DNA from: Pseudovirgaria hyperparasitica
Lineage: Eukaryota
NCBI GenBank assembly: GCA_010093815.1
Contig: ML996576.1
DNA: 64,000 nt
Strand: one strand, 5' to 3'
How positions within the stretch are numbered: position 1 is the first letter of the stretch; each line of letters opens with the position of its first letter. The notes under the pieces are model-generated. The model made no database searches. It was given only the letters and a program-made list of their open reading frames with translations, and had not been told where the DNA came from. This document shows, piece after piece, positions 52,611 through 64,000 of this stretch. The translations under genes and the position numbers were made by a program.

Positions 52611-53877
52611 ATGTCTTCTACAGGAATCAGCGACGAGGATATTCTTCTGGCTCAGAGGATAATCTCAGCTGCGTCAAGACATGACACGGAGGCACTGAAG
52701 ATTTTGCTCAAGAGCGGTGGATCAGCGAATGTGCGCGATGACACTCGCACAACACCCTTACATGCAGCAATAGCTGCTGGGACGAAGGAAAATGAGAAGA
52801 AGGTTGTCGACACGGTCGGCTTACTTCTACAGCATGGAGCTATCTGGAACGACACAGACAAGAGAGACGAGACCCCAGGATGTATTGCCTTACGTTTAGG
52901 GCTGCAAGAGGTTTACAGCCAAATGGTCGAAGCGGGCGTGCGCGCGGAGCTTCTATTTAATGCACTAGGTTCTATAGAGCGCGACATGGAGGACGTGGAA
53001 TATGACGAGGAGGACGACGACGTCGAGCTAGTCGACGCAACCGCAGATACTAAGATGGAGACTGGAGGTCATACCACTGAGTCAATGCAGGAGGAAAGTG
53101 CCGAGAGCGCTGTGGCCGTGGCTGGAGCAGAGGAGGAATGGTACGACGTCTCTAAGGACAACTCCTCTTACCTCAATTCAACGCTTCGCTACCGCAAGGA
53201 CATTCTTCTGGACTCTAGCAACAATGCCGTCATGATGTCCTGGGAAACCGAGATAATGACCAGACACGCCGAAACACTACTCCCAAAACCAGGCCTGCGA
53301 GCAATGAACGTCGGTCATGGAATGGGTATCGTGGATGGACAGATTCAGCTTCGCGGGCCAGCAGAGCATCACATCATCGAAGCACATCCGCAAGTGTTGC
53401 AGAGGTTGAGGGAGACGGGATGGTACGACAAGCCGAACGTGACGATCTGGGAAGGTCGGTGGCAGGACATGGTTCCGAAGATGGTGGAGAAGGGTGTGGT
53501 ACTGGATGCGATCTACTATGACACGTTTGCAGAGGATTACGCTGCGTACAAAGCGTTTGTTGAAGAAGGTGTCATTCCGCTACTTGACAACGACGGTAAG
53601 TTTGGATGGTACAATGGGCTTGGAGCCGATCGCCAGATATGCTACGACATATATACAAAGGTAAGGACCACAATTGTCTTCGGTATACACGCAGAAATTG
53701 CGTGCTGACTCTGGACAGGTTGCGGAGATGGACCTCTATGAGTTTGGCTTCGATACGACCTGGGAAGATATACCGGTGCCTGCAGGGTTACATGGATCAG
53801 CAGAGTGGGAGGGCACGGTGCGGCCATACTGGACGATAGACGTTTATCGTCTTCCGATCAACACGTTCATCAAGTGA
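52611..53877 (+). CDS. RMT2: Type IV arginine N-methyltransferase Rmt2 (ankyrin plus GAMT-like domain); intron 53661-53718
   Basis: TPLHAA, GAIWND...ETPGCIA, AGVRAELL, VMMSWETEIM, NVGHGMGIVD, IIEAHP, GRWQD, IYYDTF, NGLGAD. Confidence 0.95.
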
Positions 53878-55423
53878 AGATGAATTGGCAAGTTGAGCTC
53901 GCAGCATTGAGTATTTTGGCGAAGGCGTAGGCATAAGCGTAAATCGTACAGTATATGGGCACTGATTCGTACAGTGTGGTTGGCAGAGGAAGTGTGCGTA
54001 ATTATGCGATCAAGCTTAGAAGCCTAGAATAGATAGACAAGTGGCCAAAGCGAAGAGTGGAATAGCCAATGAATAGCAATTAGCCTCTTATGACATACAA
54101 GGGTATTCCGAGAGTCAAGCTATTGGCGAGCATGCAGTGGCACGCAGTCTATGTATGCAAACAGCTCGTACAAGAGCCCGTCGCACGTTGCACATTTTCT
54201 GGAGGAGTGAAGTCAATCTCTTGTCCTGAGTAGTAATTATAACAAAGACAGGAGTTTCAAAGTGAGTAAGTTTAGCTTCAAGTCACATGCCGCAATCGCA
54301 GCACAGGATAGGGGCGGTTCCGGCTTGATAGCTATGACAAGTTGACAGGCGGGTAAGGATTCTTCAGTGGCGCTTCTCGACCAGTCCGACGAATCACGGA
54401 GCGATGTGATGCTGCAACTGTTGAAGGTCCGTTAGATGCCTGCAAGGAACGTCCATGATGGCCAAGGCGCATTTAGGTGATACTTAGTGCAGATAATAAT
54501 AACGATCTGCCCGTGCTTGGAGAGGAGCGAGAAGAGGGAGGGCAAGGAGAAGGTTTGTGCTAGAAATAGCGCTGGTGCAGCAGCGAGAGGTTGCTGGGTA
54601 ATGTTAAAACATGGCAGCATGGAGCATCAAACATGGCGCATCAAACACCACAACGTATCAAGATAGCGCACGCCCTGGCCAGTCTGTTGAGTGACGACTT
54701 GACAAACGAAGAGACACGATCACCAGATTAATAGCAGATATAGAAGAAAGGGAGCATTTTATTGGTGTGGATGTGCTGCAGAGCAGAGGCGGAGGTGTGG
54801 CGCGCGTACGGGCACGAAACGGGGCATCCAGGGAGGGGGCCTGCATGGCATGAGCGGAATCTCAGGGGGTCGCGTGTTTCACTACGACGCGAGACTTTGA
54901 TGAGGAGGCAGCACGATAAGATGAGCCGACGGAGCAGACGATTGTGTATTGTTTACTAGTGTGCAGTGTGTATATATGTATATGCAAGTAGTTCGTGATG
55001 CGCCTGATGCTACATAATATAGTCAGTCAGTGTCAAAAACCACCGCATGTCCCACCGACGACTGCTAATTAACGGTCAACGTTCCCTTATCCAAGATCAA
55101 TTATCCCGTCTCCATCGCGGCCCCTTGCCAAAGGTCCCCTGTTGTCGTCCGACGCATTGCCATCAAGTACAAGAGGAGCGTCGAAGAACGTTCCCCGAGG
55201 ACTAAGGAGACCAAGCCTCGCCAGCTTGAACAAACATATCGACAAGACTAGAAGTGAGAGACTTATCGACGAATTGCGGCACACGAGCTTCATCAACGCT
55301 GCCCCTGAGTCCCTGACGGCGGTGACAGTGACAGAAACAGAAACAGTGACAGCCTGGCCTGTGGACTGGCTCCAGTGTTGACTCCACAGCACATATTAAT
55401 ATTAACACACCTCAACACCCAAG

Positions 55424-55472
55424 TGGACACTGGACACTGGATATTGCACACTGCACACCGCGCACTGCACAC
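55424..55472. repeat. Degenerate 7-nt tandem repeat (TGSACAC) upstream of KNR4/SMI1
   Basis: TGGACAC TGGACAC TGGATAT TGCACAC TGCACAC CGCGCAC TGCACAC. Confidence 0.75.
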
Positions 55473-56015
55473 ACTGGTGACTCGATAGGACAGCAGCAAC
55501 ATCTGGGCAGCTCCCTACAGCCACCGACCGCCCTTTCTTCGCCTCTCGCCCGCCCGAGGTCCCAGCCATCATTAGGCTGTTTGCTTTGCTTGCTAGCTGG
55601 CTTACCTGCCTGCCTGCCTGCGTGTGCCACCGCCTATCGCCAAGCGCAAACCCGCCAACCGTCTAACTTACGCACCGTTTTTCCCCCCCCGGCCACACCC
55701 CCCCCTCCCCCCTGCTTCTGCCTCTCTCTCCCTTATAGAGAGGCTTCTCTAAAAGTCCCAATGTTAGCGTCGGCACCGTTACCGTCACCGCAACGCGATC
55801 CTTCATTCTCTGCTTCTCCATCTTTTTCCCTGTCCTCTTCCTCCACGACCACTACCACAACAACAACAACTACTGTCACACTCTCCCAACCCGTAATTCT
55901 ACGCTTATCTGCCGATACCTCATCTCCTGTACCATCGTGTTCATCCCATCTTCTTCCTTACCGCGCTGCCGACACCAATTTCAAACTGTCTGCAGCTGCA
56001 GCCCCCGTGCCAAAC

Positions 56016-57670
56016 ATGGCACAGAACCTGTACGTCACGCCCACCCTGCCTACAATTGCTTGCATTCCACCTTCGACTGACCGCCAAACAGCTTCACCCA
56101 GTCTCTGCGATCTTTTTGGCATACTATGACCTCGTATGACCGTCATGCCTCTTTCGATTCGCCATACCGGACTGGCCGTCACGTCCCCTTACCACAGAGC
56201 CGACACGCTCCCCTCACATCAGTCGCGACCACTGCCTTTGAATCGAGACAAGATCTCTCCTACGGTCAGGATGATCCCCAGACGAGTAATGGCTTCATGA
56301 ACTCCCCCAGTGAGGTCGCCGCTCCCAATTCGCCATACGTTCCTGGCCAGCGATCGACTTTATCAAGACAGAACACCGGGACCCTGCCCGGGAAAGATGA
56401 CGAGTCCAGATTAGCTGCCGGTGAGATTCCCATGCAAAGCTTCTCAGACGGCTTGCCACCACCTCCGCCTGTTTCACATTCCTGGAAGCGTATCGATCGC
56501 TGGGCAGAAGATCATTACGAGGAACTCTTCGAACAGCTTTGTGAAGGCTGTACCAAACCCGATGTAGACGAGCTAGAGCACGAGTTAGACTGCACACTAC
56601 CACTGGACGTGCAAGACTCTTTAAGGATACATGACGGCCAAGAGCGAGGAGGAAGACCAACTGGCATAGTTTTTGGCCTAATGCTACTTGACTGCGAAGA
56701 GATTGTCGAAGAGTGGTCAAACTGGAGGAAGGTCCGCGATGATCATTTGGCCCAAAGATCCGACTTTCGTGCCCCTCAACCCCCAAGCAAAGCGTTTGCT
56801 GGAGCCAGTTCGTCTGCTGCTCCTCCCCCTCCTGCACCCGCAACCAACACACTTTGGCGACAGGAACTTCAAGAGAAGCAGGACTCGCAGCCTGCTGGTG
56901 CTATCCAGAAGACATACTCTCACCCAGCATGGATCCCGCTCGCTCGCGATTGGGGTGGTAACTGCTTAGCTGTCGATCTTGCTCCGGGACCAGCTGGCAA
57001 GTGGGGTCAGGTAATCATTTTTGGTCGTGATTATGACTGCAAGTACGTTGTCGCCCGGTCTTGGGCTCATTTTCTTGCCCTTCTGGCCGATGATCTTGGC
57101 TCCGAGAACGTGCACATCGACGAGGAAACCATGGAACTCAAGCTGCTCGAGTTCAAGAAGCAGAATGTTGAGCCGCCATACCTCGAGATCTTGCGCTGGC
57201 GCGCTGACCAGAAGTACGGACGCAAGCCACCGCGAAGACGCCCTGGGCCTCCAAATGGCGGCTTGCATATCAACCCGAACCTCGCTGGAACCAGCAGTCC
57301 TCGTGGCTCGGACTCTGGAAGCCCATATGCAAGCCCAGTCAGTGGTGTGGAGGAACGCGGAAGGAGCTCAAACAGACCGCACAAGGGCGCGACCGCGAGT
57401 CCACGAACCAAGATGTCAAGTCCTCTAGCTAGAGTCGCGGAAGAAGCGCCTCTACCAATTCGCGTGAACACGGACGTCAACGGCATTCGAAAGCCTATTG
57501 CGGAAGAGAAGCTTGTTTCGGTTGACACTCCTCGGACCAGTGGAGATATACCTAGTCCACGCAAGCTGACCATGAACGGCCACGACAAGGAGAATGCTGA
57601 CGTTAAACAAGTGGTTGAGAACAAGATCGAGCCATCGGACGACTCGGAGCTCAAGACAATCGAGATATAG
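56016..57670 (+). CDS. SMI1: Cell-wall glucan synthesis regulator Knr4/Smi1; exons 56016-56029 and 56092-57670
   Basis: SFWHTMTSYDRHAS, SWKRIDRW, LRIHDGQE, GLMLLDCEEI, YSHPAWIPLARDWGGNCLAVDLAPGPAGKWGQVIIFGRDYD. Confidence 0.95.
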
Positions 57671-59180
57671 CTTACAGCTTGTGAAATAGCTCCCTCACGC
57701 ATCCACCACGCTCCATAATGACCCTTTCTACGGCCAACATTTCATTAGACACGAGACCAGCGAGACGATAGTTCCAATCCTGATGAATGTGGGCTGCCAT
57801 CTTTTTCTGATTCCCACTTTGCAGCCCACGAACTATACCGAATGCGCTTTCCTCACATCGTTCCATCAGGCACCACGTCTCTACCTCGACGCGCGGAGTC
57901 GTTCCTCTTTTAACCAGCTCTGGCTACATCAAAGCTACACCTTTCCCGTCTGGCGTCATTTCACCCAAGTCTCGACAAAGAAGTCCGCCACTGGATTCGG
58001 CTGTCTATCTATTTCGTCGCGCGGCCGCGCTGCAGCAGTTCACTTTTCTTATCCACTTCACGGAGTCTTTCTCGTACACAGGTTTTTATCACTTTCATCA
58101 CACTATGCAGGTATCAATAATCAGGCAAGCTGACCAAAGAACGGCGGTTGGTCCTGTTGTTTTTGTCGTTGTTTTTTCCTCTCGGTGGTCGAGGAACGCT
58201 TTGAAAGCGCTGGGCTTGGGTGTTTCTAAACATGTAATATTCTCGAGCATAAATGACGAATGGACGGAGAAGGAAGTTGTATGATTGGATCGAAAGGCAT
58301 GATGCAAAGGCGTAGTAAACGAGGTGGTACTGTAGACCGTAGCATGATTATCATATGCGCTTGGACATGCAATGCGTGCGCTGAAAAGTGTAAGTCTAGG
58401 CATGCGATGCATCCGGGACGGAGCTCCGCAGAATGGCAAGTAATTCATTCGTGCGACGAGACAGACCCCTGGCTCGGAAGAGTTCCATCGGGGGGTCGTG
58501 TCTACAAGTCTACAATCTCCGTGTGCGGACATGCGTCCGATCGCGCTACGCAACAGTTGACTGAACCGCTGCTTACTTCCACTGTCTTGACATTCATTCC
58601 TTCTACTTGATTACAGAAGCCGCTCGCTATCCTGTAATTAGATCAGATGATTTTCAAACTTCTCTTCCCGCTACCCCCCCCCCCCCTATTCTTGACATAG
58701 ATAAGACAGGATCAACACACTTTGCCATCCTCGACCCCATCCGTTTCCCCATTCCCTCGTATACAACACTTTGCCTCAAGTTCACGCTCCACTGCGATCA
58801 AAATAATAATGCCTTTGATGCTTCCCTTTGCTGATATGCCGATTCACACCATACTCGATCGATTTGAGGATCTCCCGCTCTCGTATCTGGTTTTTTGGGA
58901 GTCTGTTCAACTGAGAATGGGTAGATATGCACCGCTTTTATGCTTGTGTGAATGGTCTTTAGATGGTTAGCGCATCGTCGTGTGATTTACTGCGAATTTA
59001 TTCGGACGGATGGTGGGCTGAAGGGCTCGTATGGGTTTGGGCATTTTCTGTCCTGTGGCTTTGGGATGAGAGTAGCATCGTCTCGGGAGTGGCTCTAGTA
59101 AGAAGCTGACACGCTCAATGTCCATAGAAGGCTGTTGCTCTGGCCTAGCCAAGGGGTATTCTTTGATCTTCAGGTGCTAT

Positions 59181-61420
59181 TTATCGTACGACTATTTCTA
59201 TAGCGTCGTCTGGGTTAGATAAATCAAGAATATCAATCATCTCCTGTGATAGACGGGTGCGACCGGTGACGAGTCCAACTCTATAGTACTCTTTTCCATC
59301 CGGGTTGGCTTTCAAGGCAACGCCACACAGGTGATCGGCACCGTCAATCATGAGCGGAAGAATGAAGATGCCAACATCGATATCGGGAACTTCGCTCATC
59401 CAGCGGCCATCACGTTCAACGTACGTCCCGCGGGGAGTGTACCGATTCGGGACGTCGGGGTAGAAGCTATACTTCATGTCACCAAGATTGCCAACACCAC
59501 CCTGTTTCACGACGAGGAACGGTGTCCATTTGGCTGTCTGGTATTCCTCCCCTCCCAGGAGTGCTACGAATAGCTTCGAGCGGACATGGATGTGCCCTTC
59601 ACTTACTTGACCGTATGGATCTGGCGTACTCGACAGACTAGCAAGCTTTGTTGTGGTGCTGATTGCCGATTGCGTCCACCGAACCTGATCGCCAGGACGC
59701 TCGAACTGCCAGACAACCGGATATCCCTTGGACGCAGCCCAGACCTTGGATGACCATGACCAAGAGGGCGAAACATCCTCCCTCATTTCTGGTCTATCTT
59801 TCCCTTGGCCCTCAGATGACCACTCGTAGCTGTATCGCCATAGCAAGGCGCCGGGGAAGTCACCTACCCAAAGCCCCGCGAGCAGTCTATCCTGGTCCAT
59901 CGGCGACGGATATCTGTGTGCGATGCCAGAAATGGCCGGTAAACGATCCTTCTCGAACGTGAGGTGACAGATCGAGTACCGTCCCACCAGACTGTACCAC
60001 CATTCGTAATACTGGACGGCATCAGAGTACGTAGGAAGAGTCTTGGTCATGTTCGGTCTCGACAAGGGAGCGCTGTATTCCAGGTCACTGATCTCGTAGC
60101 GTCGCGAGTGTGAACACTCAAAGAAGATCTGGCTCGAGCCAAAATAGAGAATCCGGGGTGACAACAGCCACTCCTGAAAGACCCAGCCCCGATCCTTCAA
60201 CCCTGAGACGCCCGGGTGCGTGGTCGGACTCACACATCCGCCTTGACTGGATGTTCGGAAGCATATGCCAGGGTGCCACATTGTCACTGAACCTTGCGGC
60301 TCCCCTTGCTCGTTCCTGTATTGGAGCTCCACCGAGTGCGTACTTCTCCGTGGTAATAGGAACGCCGAGTATGAGTTCTCGGCCCCTGGGACTGTAATGG
60401 TCACGGCGGTTTGTCCGTATATGGACGCCATCCTCGGACATTCGCGTTCCCAGTCTTGCGTGTCGTCCTGGATGATGCATAACGAGTCGATCCATATATA
60501 CTCGTATCCGAGCGTCTGGGTTGCGAGAACTGCGTCTCTAAATGTCTCCGGGAGGTTCTCGGTCACTATGGATGACATATGCTGCTGAATGTTTGTGCGT
60601 AACGTACGCATCGGCAAGCGGTCGGTGCCCCATCTGTGGGAGAGGGTAGTATAGTCATACCGCTCTGAGTTCGTTGTCGCTATGAGTTTGACGATTGAGC
60701 CGTCTCCAATGATCTGAAGTAGTCGCGTCGGATTTGTCCAGGTTACCACTTTACCTCGAGCGCAAGAAGCATGGCCCTCGCAATCTTTGATCCATTGCCT
60801 GGCTAGATCGAAATCGGGATATGCACAGCACTTTCGCCCCATGAATCGGCCCTCCTGTCGCGCCTGACTCCCTGGGGACTTCAACATCAGTACTGTGGAA
60901 CATACCGAGAGATCATGTCCTGTTACACTCACCAGCTTCTGCGGCAAGTACAATACCTCCAAGGTAATCCTTCCCTTCGTGAACTCTTTCCCTGTTTTCG
61001 GAAACGATCTGAGTCAGCCACTATGCCATGCTACGACCCGAGTGAACGGGTGTGATGAAGTACATACGGGGTCTGGCTTGACTCGTACTCAGTGGAAGCT
61101 GTCAAGAGAGGTTGTCCTTCGTGTCGAGGTATAACAATATTGCCACATCGGACAAATGGATTCTGTCGGCGGTCGTAGCTTTCGAGACACAATGGTAAAA
61201 GTAACTGGCATAGCTCGCAACCGCCTTGGGCAGAATCGTACAATGCTTTCCAATGCCAGTAGTGGTCTTCACTGTCGTATTTATAGCCCTTGATAACCTT
61301 ATGTCGTAGCACCTTCTCCTCGAATTTGTAGCAGACATCGCAGAGCGTGGACTTTACAGTCCTTGGTAAGCGGGACATGATCTGCCCTGTGCTAGTACTC
61401 GAAGAGGTCGAGTCGGCCAT
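59181..61420 (-). CDS. HET-domain (heterokaryon incompatibility-like) protein with N-terminal Cys/His cluster; two introns, near 61068-60992 and 60932-60872
   Basis: CDVC...H...SAQGGCELC N-terminus; PTRLL, YTTLSHRWG, LPETFRDAV, YIWIDSLCIIQDD, MASIY, RGWVFQEWLLSPRIL, DRLPAISG, PSWSWSS. GTATGT..CAG and GTGAGT..CAG splices join the two ORFs in frame via a short exon (ERVHEGKDYLGGIVLAAEA). Confidence 0.9.
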
Positions 61421-62070
61421 ATGAGACAGGATACTTTGAAGAGATATGTGAGGTATCTATGATTTAAAACTATAATTTTGCCTGTTACCACCATGTCGCA
61501 TCATCACGATACTCAGCTAGGCAGATGAGAATCCGCCCGTTGTATTAGTAAGCAAGACAGTACCAGTACCGGTAGTTATAATAAGTTGGATTAGCTTAGG
61601 TAGGCGATGACTTCAGCAAGTCCGACATACTGGACTGGCTACTGCTCAGGTCGTCAATACGGCTTGCAGATATAGAAATACTGATACATATGTGCTAATG
61701 AAAGAAGAAGAGATTTATTAATGGTACAGTCTAGACATCTATATTCAAAGCATGGTACTGAGCCGAGAAAATCTATATCTAGATCAAGAATTAAAATATA
61801 ACAGAGCGATTCTGCAGTCAGGACTCCGTGCGTCGCGTGGTAGATTTTTTTGGGTTTCATGCGCAGGTATCGCAGCAGACAGGTCGATCGGCCTGATGGC
61901 CCTTGCCAGCTATGTTCGTGAAGTGTTGTACTGAAGCGATCTTCGAGACAAGCCAAGGCTTCGCGGCTCTTTGGTTAAATATTTCGCACTCATATCCTGT
62001 GTAAAGGGGAAAAGACTTCAATAGATTGTCAGTAGGTGAGGCGAAGTGAGTGTTCCCTGAACCAGACTCG

Positions 62071-63966
62071 TCAAAGAGGAATCTCCACGTCATCTTTGAA
62101 CGGCCAAGCTCGCATCCATTGACTTCTTTCTTCATCGTGGTACGCGTGGCGACGCAGAAAGTCTTCGCGATGACGGGCCAAGCGTTCTTTGTACAACGAG
62201 TAATTGCTGTGATTCACCCACCCATTCCATCCCTGGTATGCTCCTATCTGCGTCAAACTCTCGTACATTAGCTCGACACCTTCGTTCCAACTCTCCTGAA
62301 GACGTTGCTGGTGTGCCCTGTCATCGGGGGTATATGAAAGAGGGCATGCTGTCTCGGAGTTGGCACATGTCGTCCATTCATCCTGAAGTTGTATGAGCAT
62401 GCCCTGGAGGACCGGCTCTCCGTCGCTGAAGATTGAGCTTGCTATACCGGTGATCTGACCGGGTAGAGTATCTCGAAAGCGCAATGCACGGGCAATGTCT
62501 GGACACTGACGCAGCATGGAAATGTCGTAGAGTTTGTAGAGAGATTGAGCAGCCCGGAGGATCTTCGCCTGGTGTTGTTCATCCTCATTCAATTTGTCAA
62601 AATCGTCAGGTAATTCTATGGGTTTTAGACCCTCTGGAATTGGCCCTTCAAACTCGATAAGAGAAGGATGTCGTGCTTGAAGGAAGAGCGGGGAGACATT
62701 GACAGCTTGCCAATCAATCACGTTTAGGATTTTGGTCGGCTGGGAAGGGTCAACGAAGATGTTGTCGGCATGTAGATCGGAATGCCAGAGAACTGGCTTA
62801 GAGAGATTTTCATCCTTGGGCAGAATCTGTGTTGCTACTTTCAAATAGTCTCGGAGGACTTTGATCTTCAGTTCTTTGGTCGGACGATACTGGTTGGGAC
62901 CGTTGAACATCCCTTGCTGATTAGGGAATCTCGAGAATTTCTCAATGCATGCCAGCTCTCGATTGGCACGGGAAGAGATGAAATCGTTGATTGAAGACCC
63001 TATCACTCAGTCAGCTTGGGTCGAGCACGAGGGCGATGGTAAGGGGTGTTACAAGGCCCTCGCTTCGCTTCAACGTTGTATCTTCCTCCATCGAAGAATG
63101 CTCTATTGGTCGTTGGGCCGATCGCAAATGGCGCAACTTCACCTACCACATCTGTGGAATTGAGGAATTGACCCGAGCTTAGGTTAGGCAGATCCTTCGC
63201 ATAATACAAGCTCCCGTACATGGGTGAATTGACAGAATACATAGCTTTTTCGTAGCCAACCAATGACCTCACAATCTCAAACTTGTCTTTCCCAGGCATG
63301 TTTTCCCATATTTTGCCTAGCTCTATCCCTTTACTGCGTTCCATCAAAATATACTCTGCTCTAACAGGGTTGTCTGTTGAGGAGCAGTAGCCATATACCT
63401 GGGGTGCAGGAATGCCAAGGATGTTCCTAATCTTCAATGGCCTCATATTAGCGACTGCTAAACGTGACGCCTGGGATAACTCATACGTAGTCCATTGTAG
63501 CGACTTCACTGGCCGTTGTGAAGTGCGGCGGTCCAGCATTTGGATTTGGAATTTTAGCGATCAAATCTCGGCCATCATCAAATGTGATCAAAAAGACCTT
63601 GTTGAAGTTTCCTTCATGCAGCTTTTCGATTTCGACGCAAGACCGGCCTCCCATCGCCTTCGACGAGACTTGGAGGAGTCCAGGTAGGTTGAACCTGACA
63701 TAACGGCAGGCAAGCTGATCATGCTCATTCCAGAGCCATCGACCCGATGTATATCTGTAGAATTTCTCTAAGTCGTGGTCTCGAAAGTCGAGATTGTGTG
63801 AAGTAGTGGTGTGATAACTTGGGTGGGGCAACGTGGCCGAAGCCAATGGAGTCGACGAGCTGGAATAAGAAAAATTGTACCGAGACCAAGCAATTCGCAG
63901 GGAAGATTGTCCGAGACGCAATGTTGATGGACTACGAGACGCAGCATATGCAGCTAGAGACGACAT
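62071..63966 (-). CDS. APH/choline-kinase-like phosphotransferase (Aim9-like); exons 63966-63487, 63431-63053, 62999-62071
   Basis: YRYTSGRWLWNE, EGNFNKVF, IAKIPNPNAG...TASEVATMDY, EYILME, LWHSDLHADNIFV, IDWQ. Arg/Ser-rich, acid-free N-terminus resembling a mitochondrial presequence. Confidence 0.9.
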
Positions 63967-64000
63967 GCTAGGAGCGATGGAGATGGAGTCACTGTGAGGA

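Noticed and set aside
60872..61068. Apparent stop and frameshift splitting the HET gene (pseudogene?)
   Set aside because: Two canonical introns and a short exon restore one open frame.

Overview
Gene-dense eukaryotic DNA from a filamentous ascomycete (Pezizomycotina-type: short ~45-60 nt GT-AG introns with CTRAC/CTAAT branch sites, a HET-domain gene, RIP-like TpA-rich patches). All gene models were spliced by hand from the sequence; family calls rest on recognised motifs, not database searches. The window holds about 22 protein-coding genes. Most are conserved housekeeping or signalling genes: Snf1 beta subunit, KIN17/RTS2, SUR1, Cut12, GCN2, ARB1, GSK3, CBP80/STO1, HIS3, cyclin H, RPT2, UBC1, WDR70, RMT2 and KNR4/SMI1. 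There is one intron-containing elongator tRNA-Met(CAT). Two blocks look accessory: HPP protein plus two tandem acyltransferase-3 genes next to the tRNA, and a HET-domain gene plus an APH/AIM9-like kinase. No intact mobile element, rRNA or CRISPR array was seen, and no complete new multi-gene system can be demonstrated. The best leads are: (1) an orphan 704-aa coiled-coil protein carrying a twice-repeated HxH-x9-CxxC motif; (2) the CBP80 locus, with a 227-codon in-frame upstream extension, a GC-AG first intron and TGACTCA before both starts; (3) a recurrent GCATT-N3-5-GGCGTTT element downstream of stop codons; (4) two short uORFs in front of GCN2.
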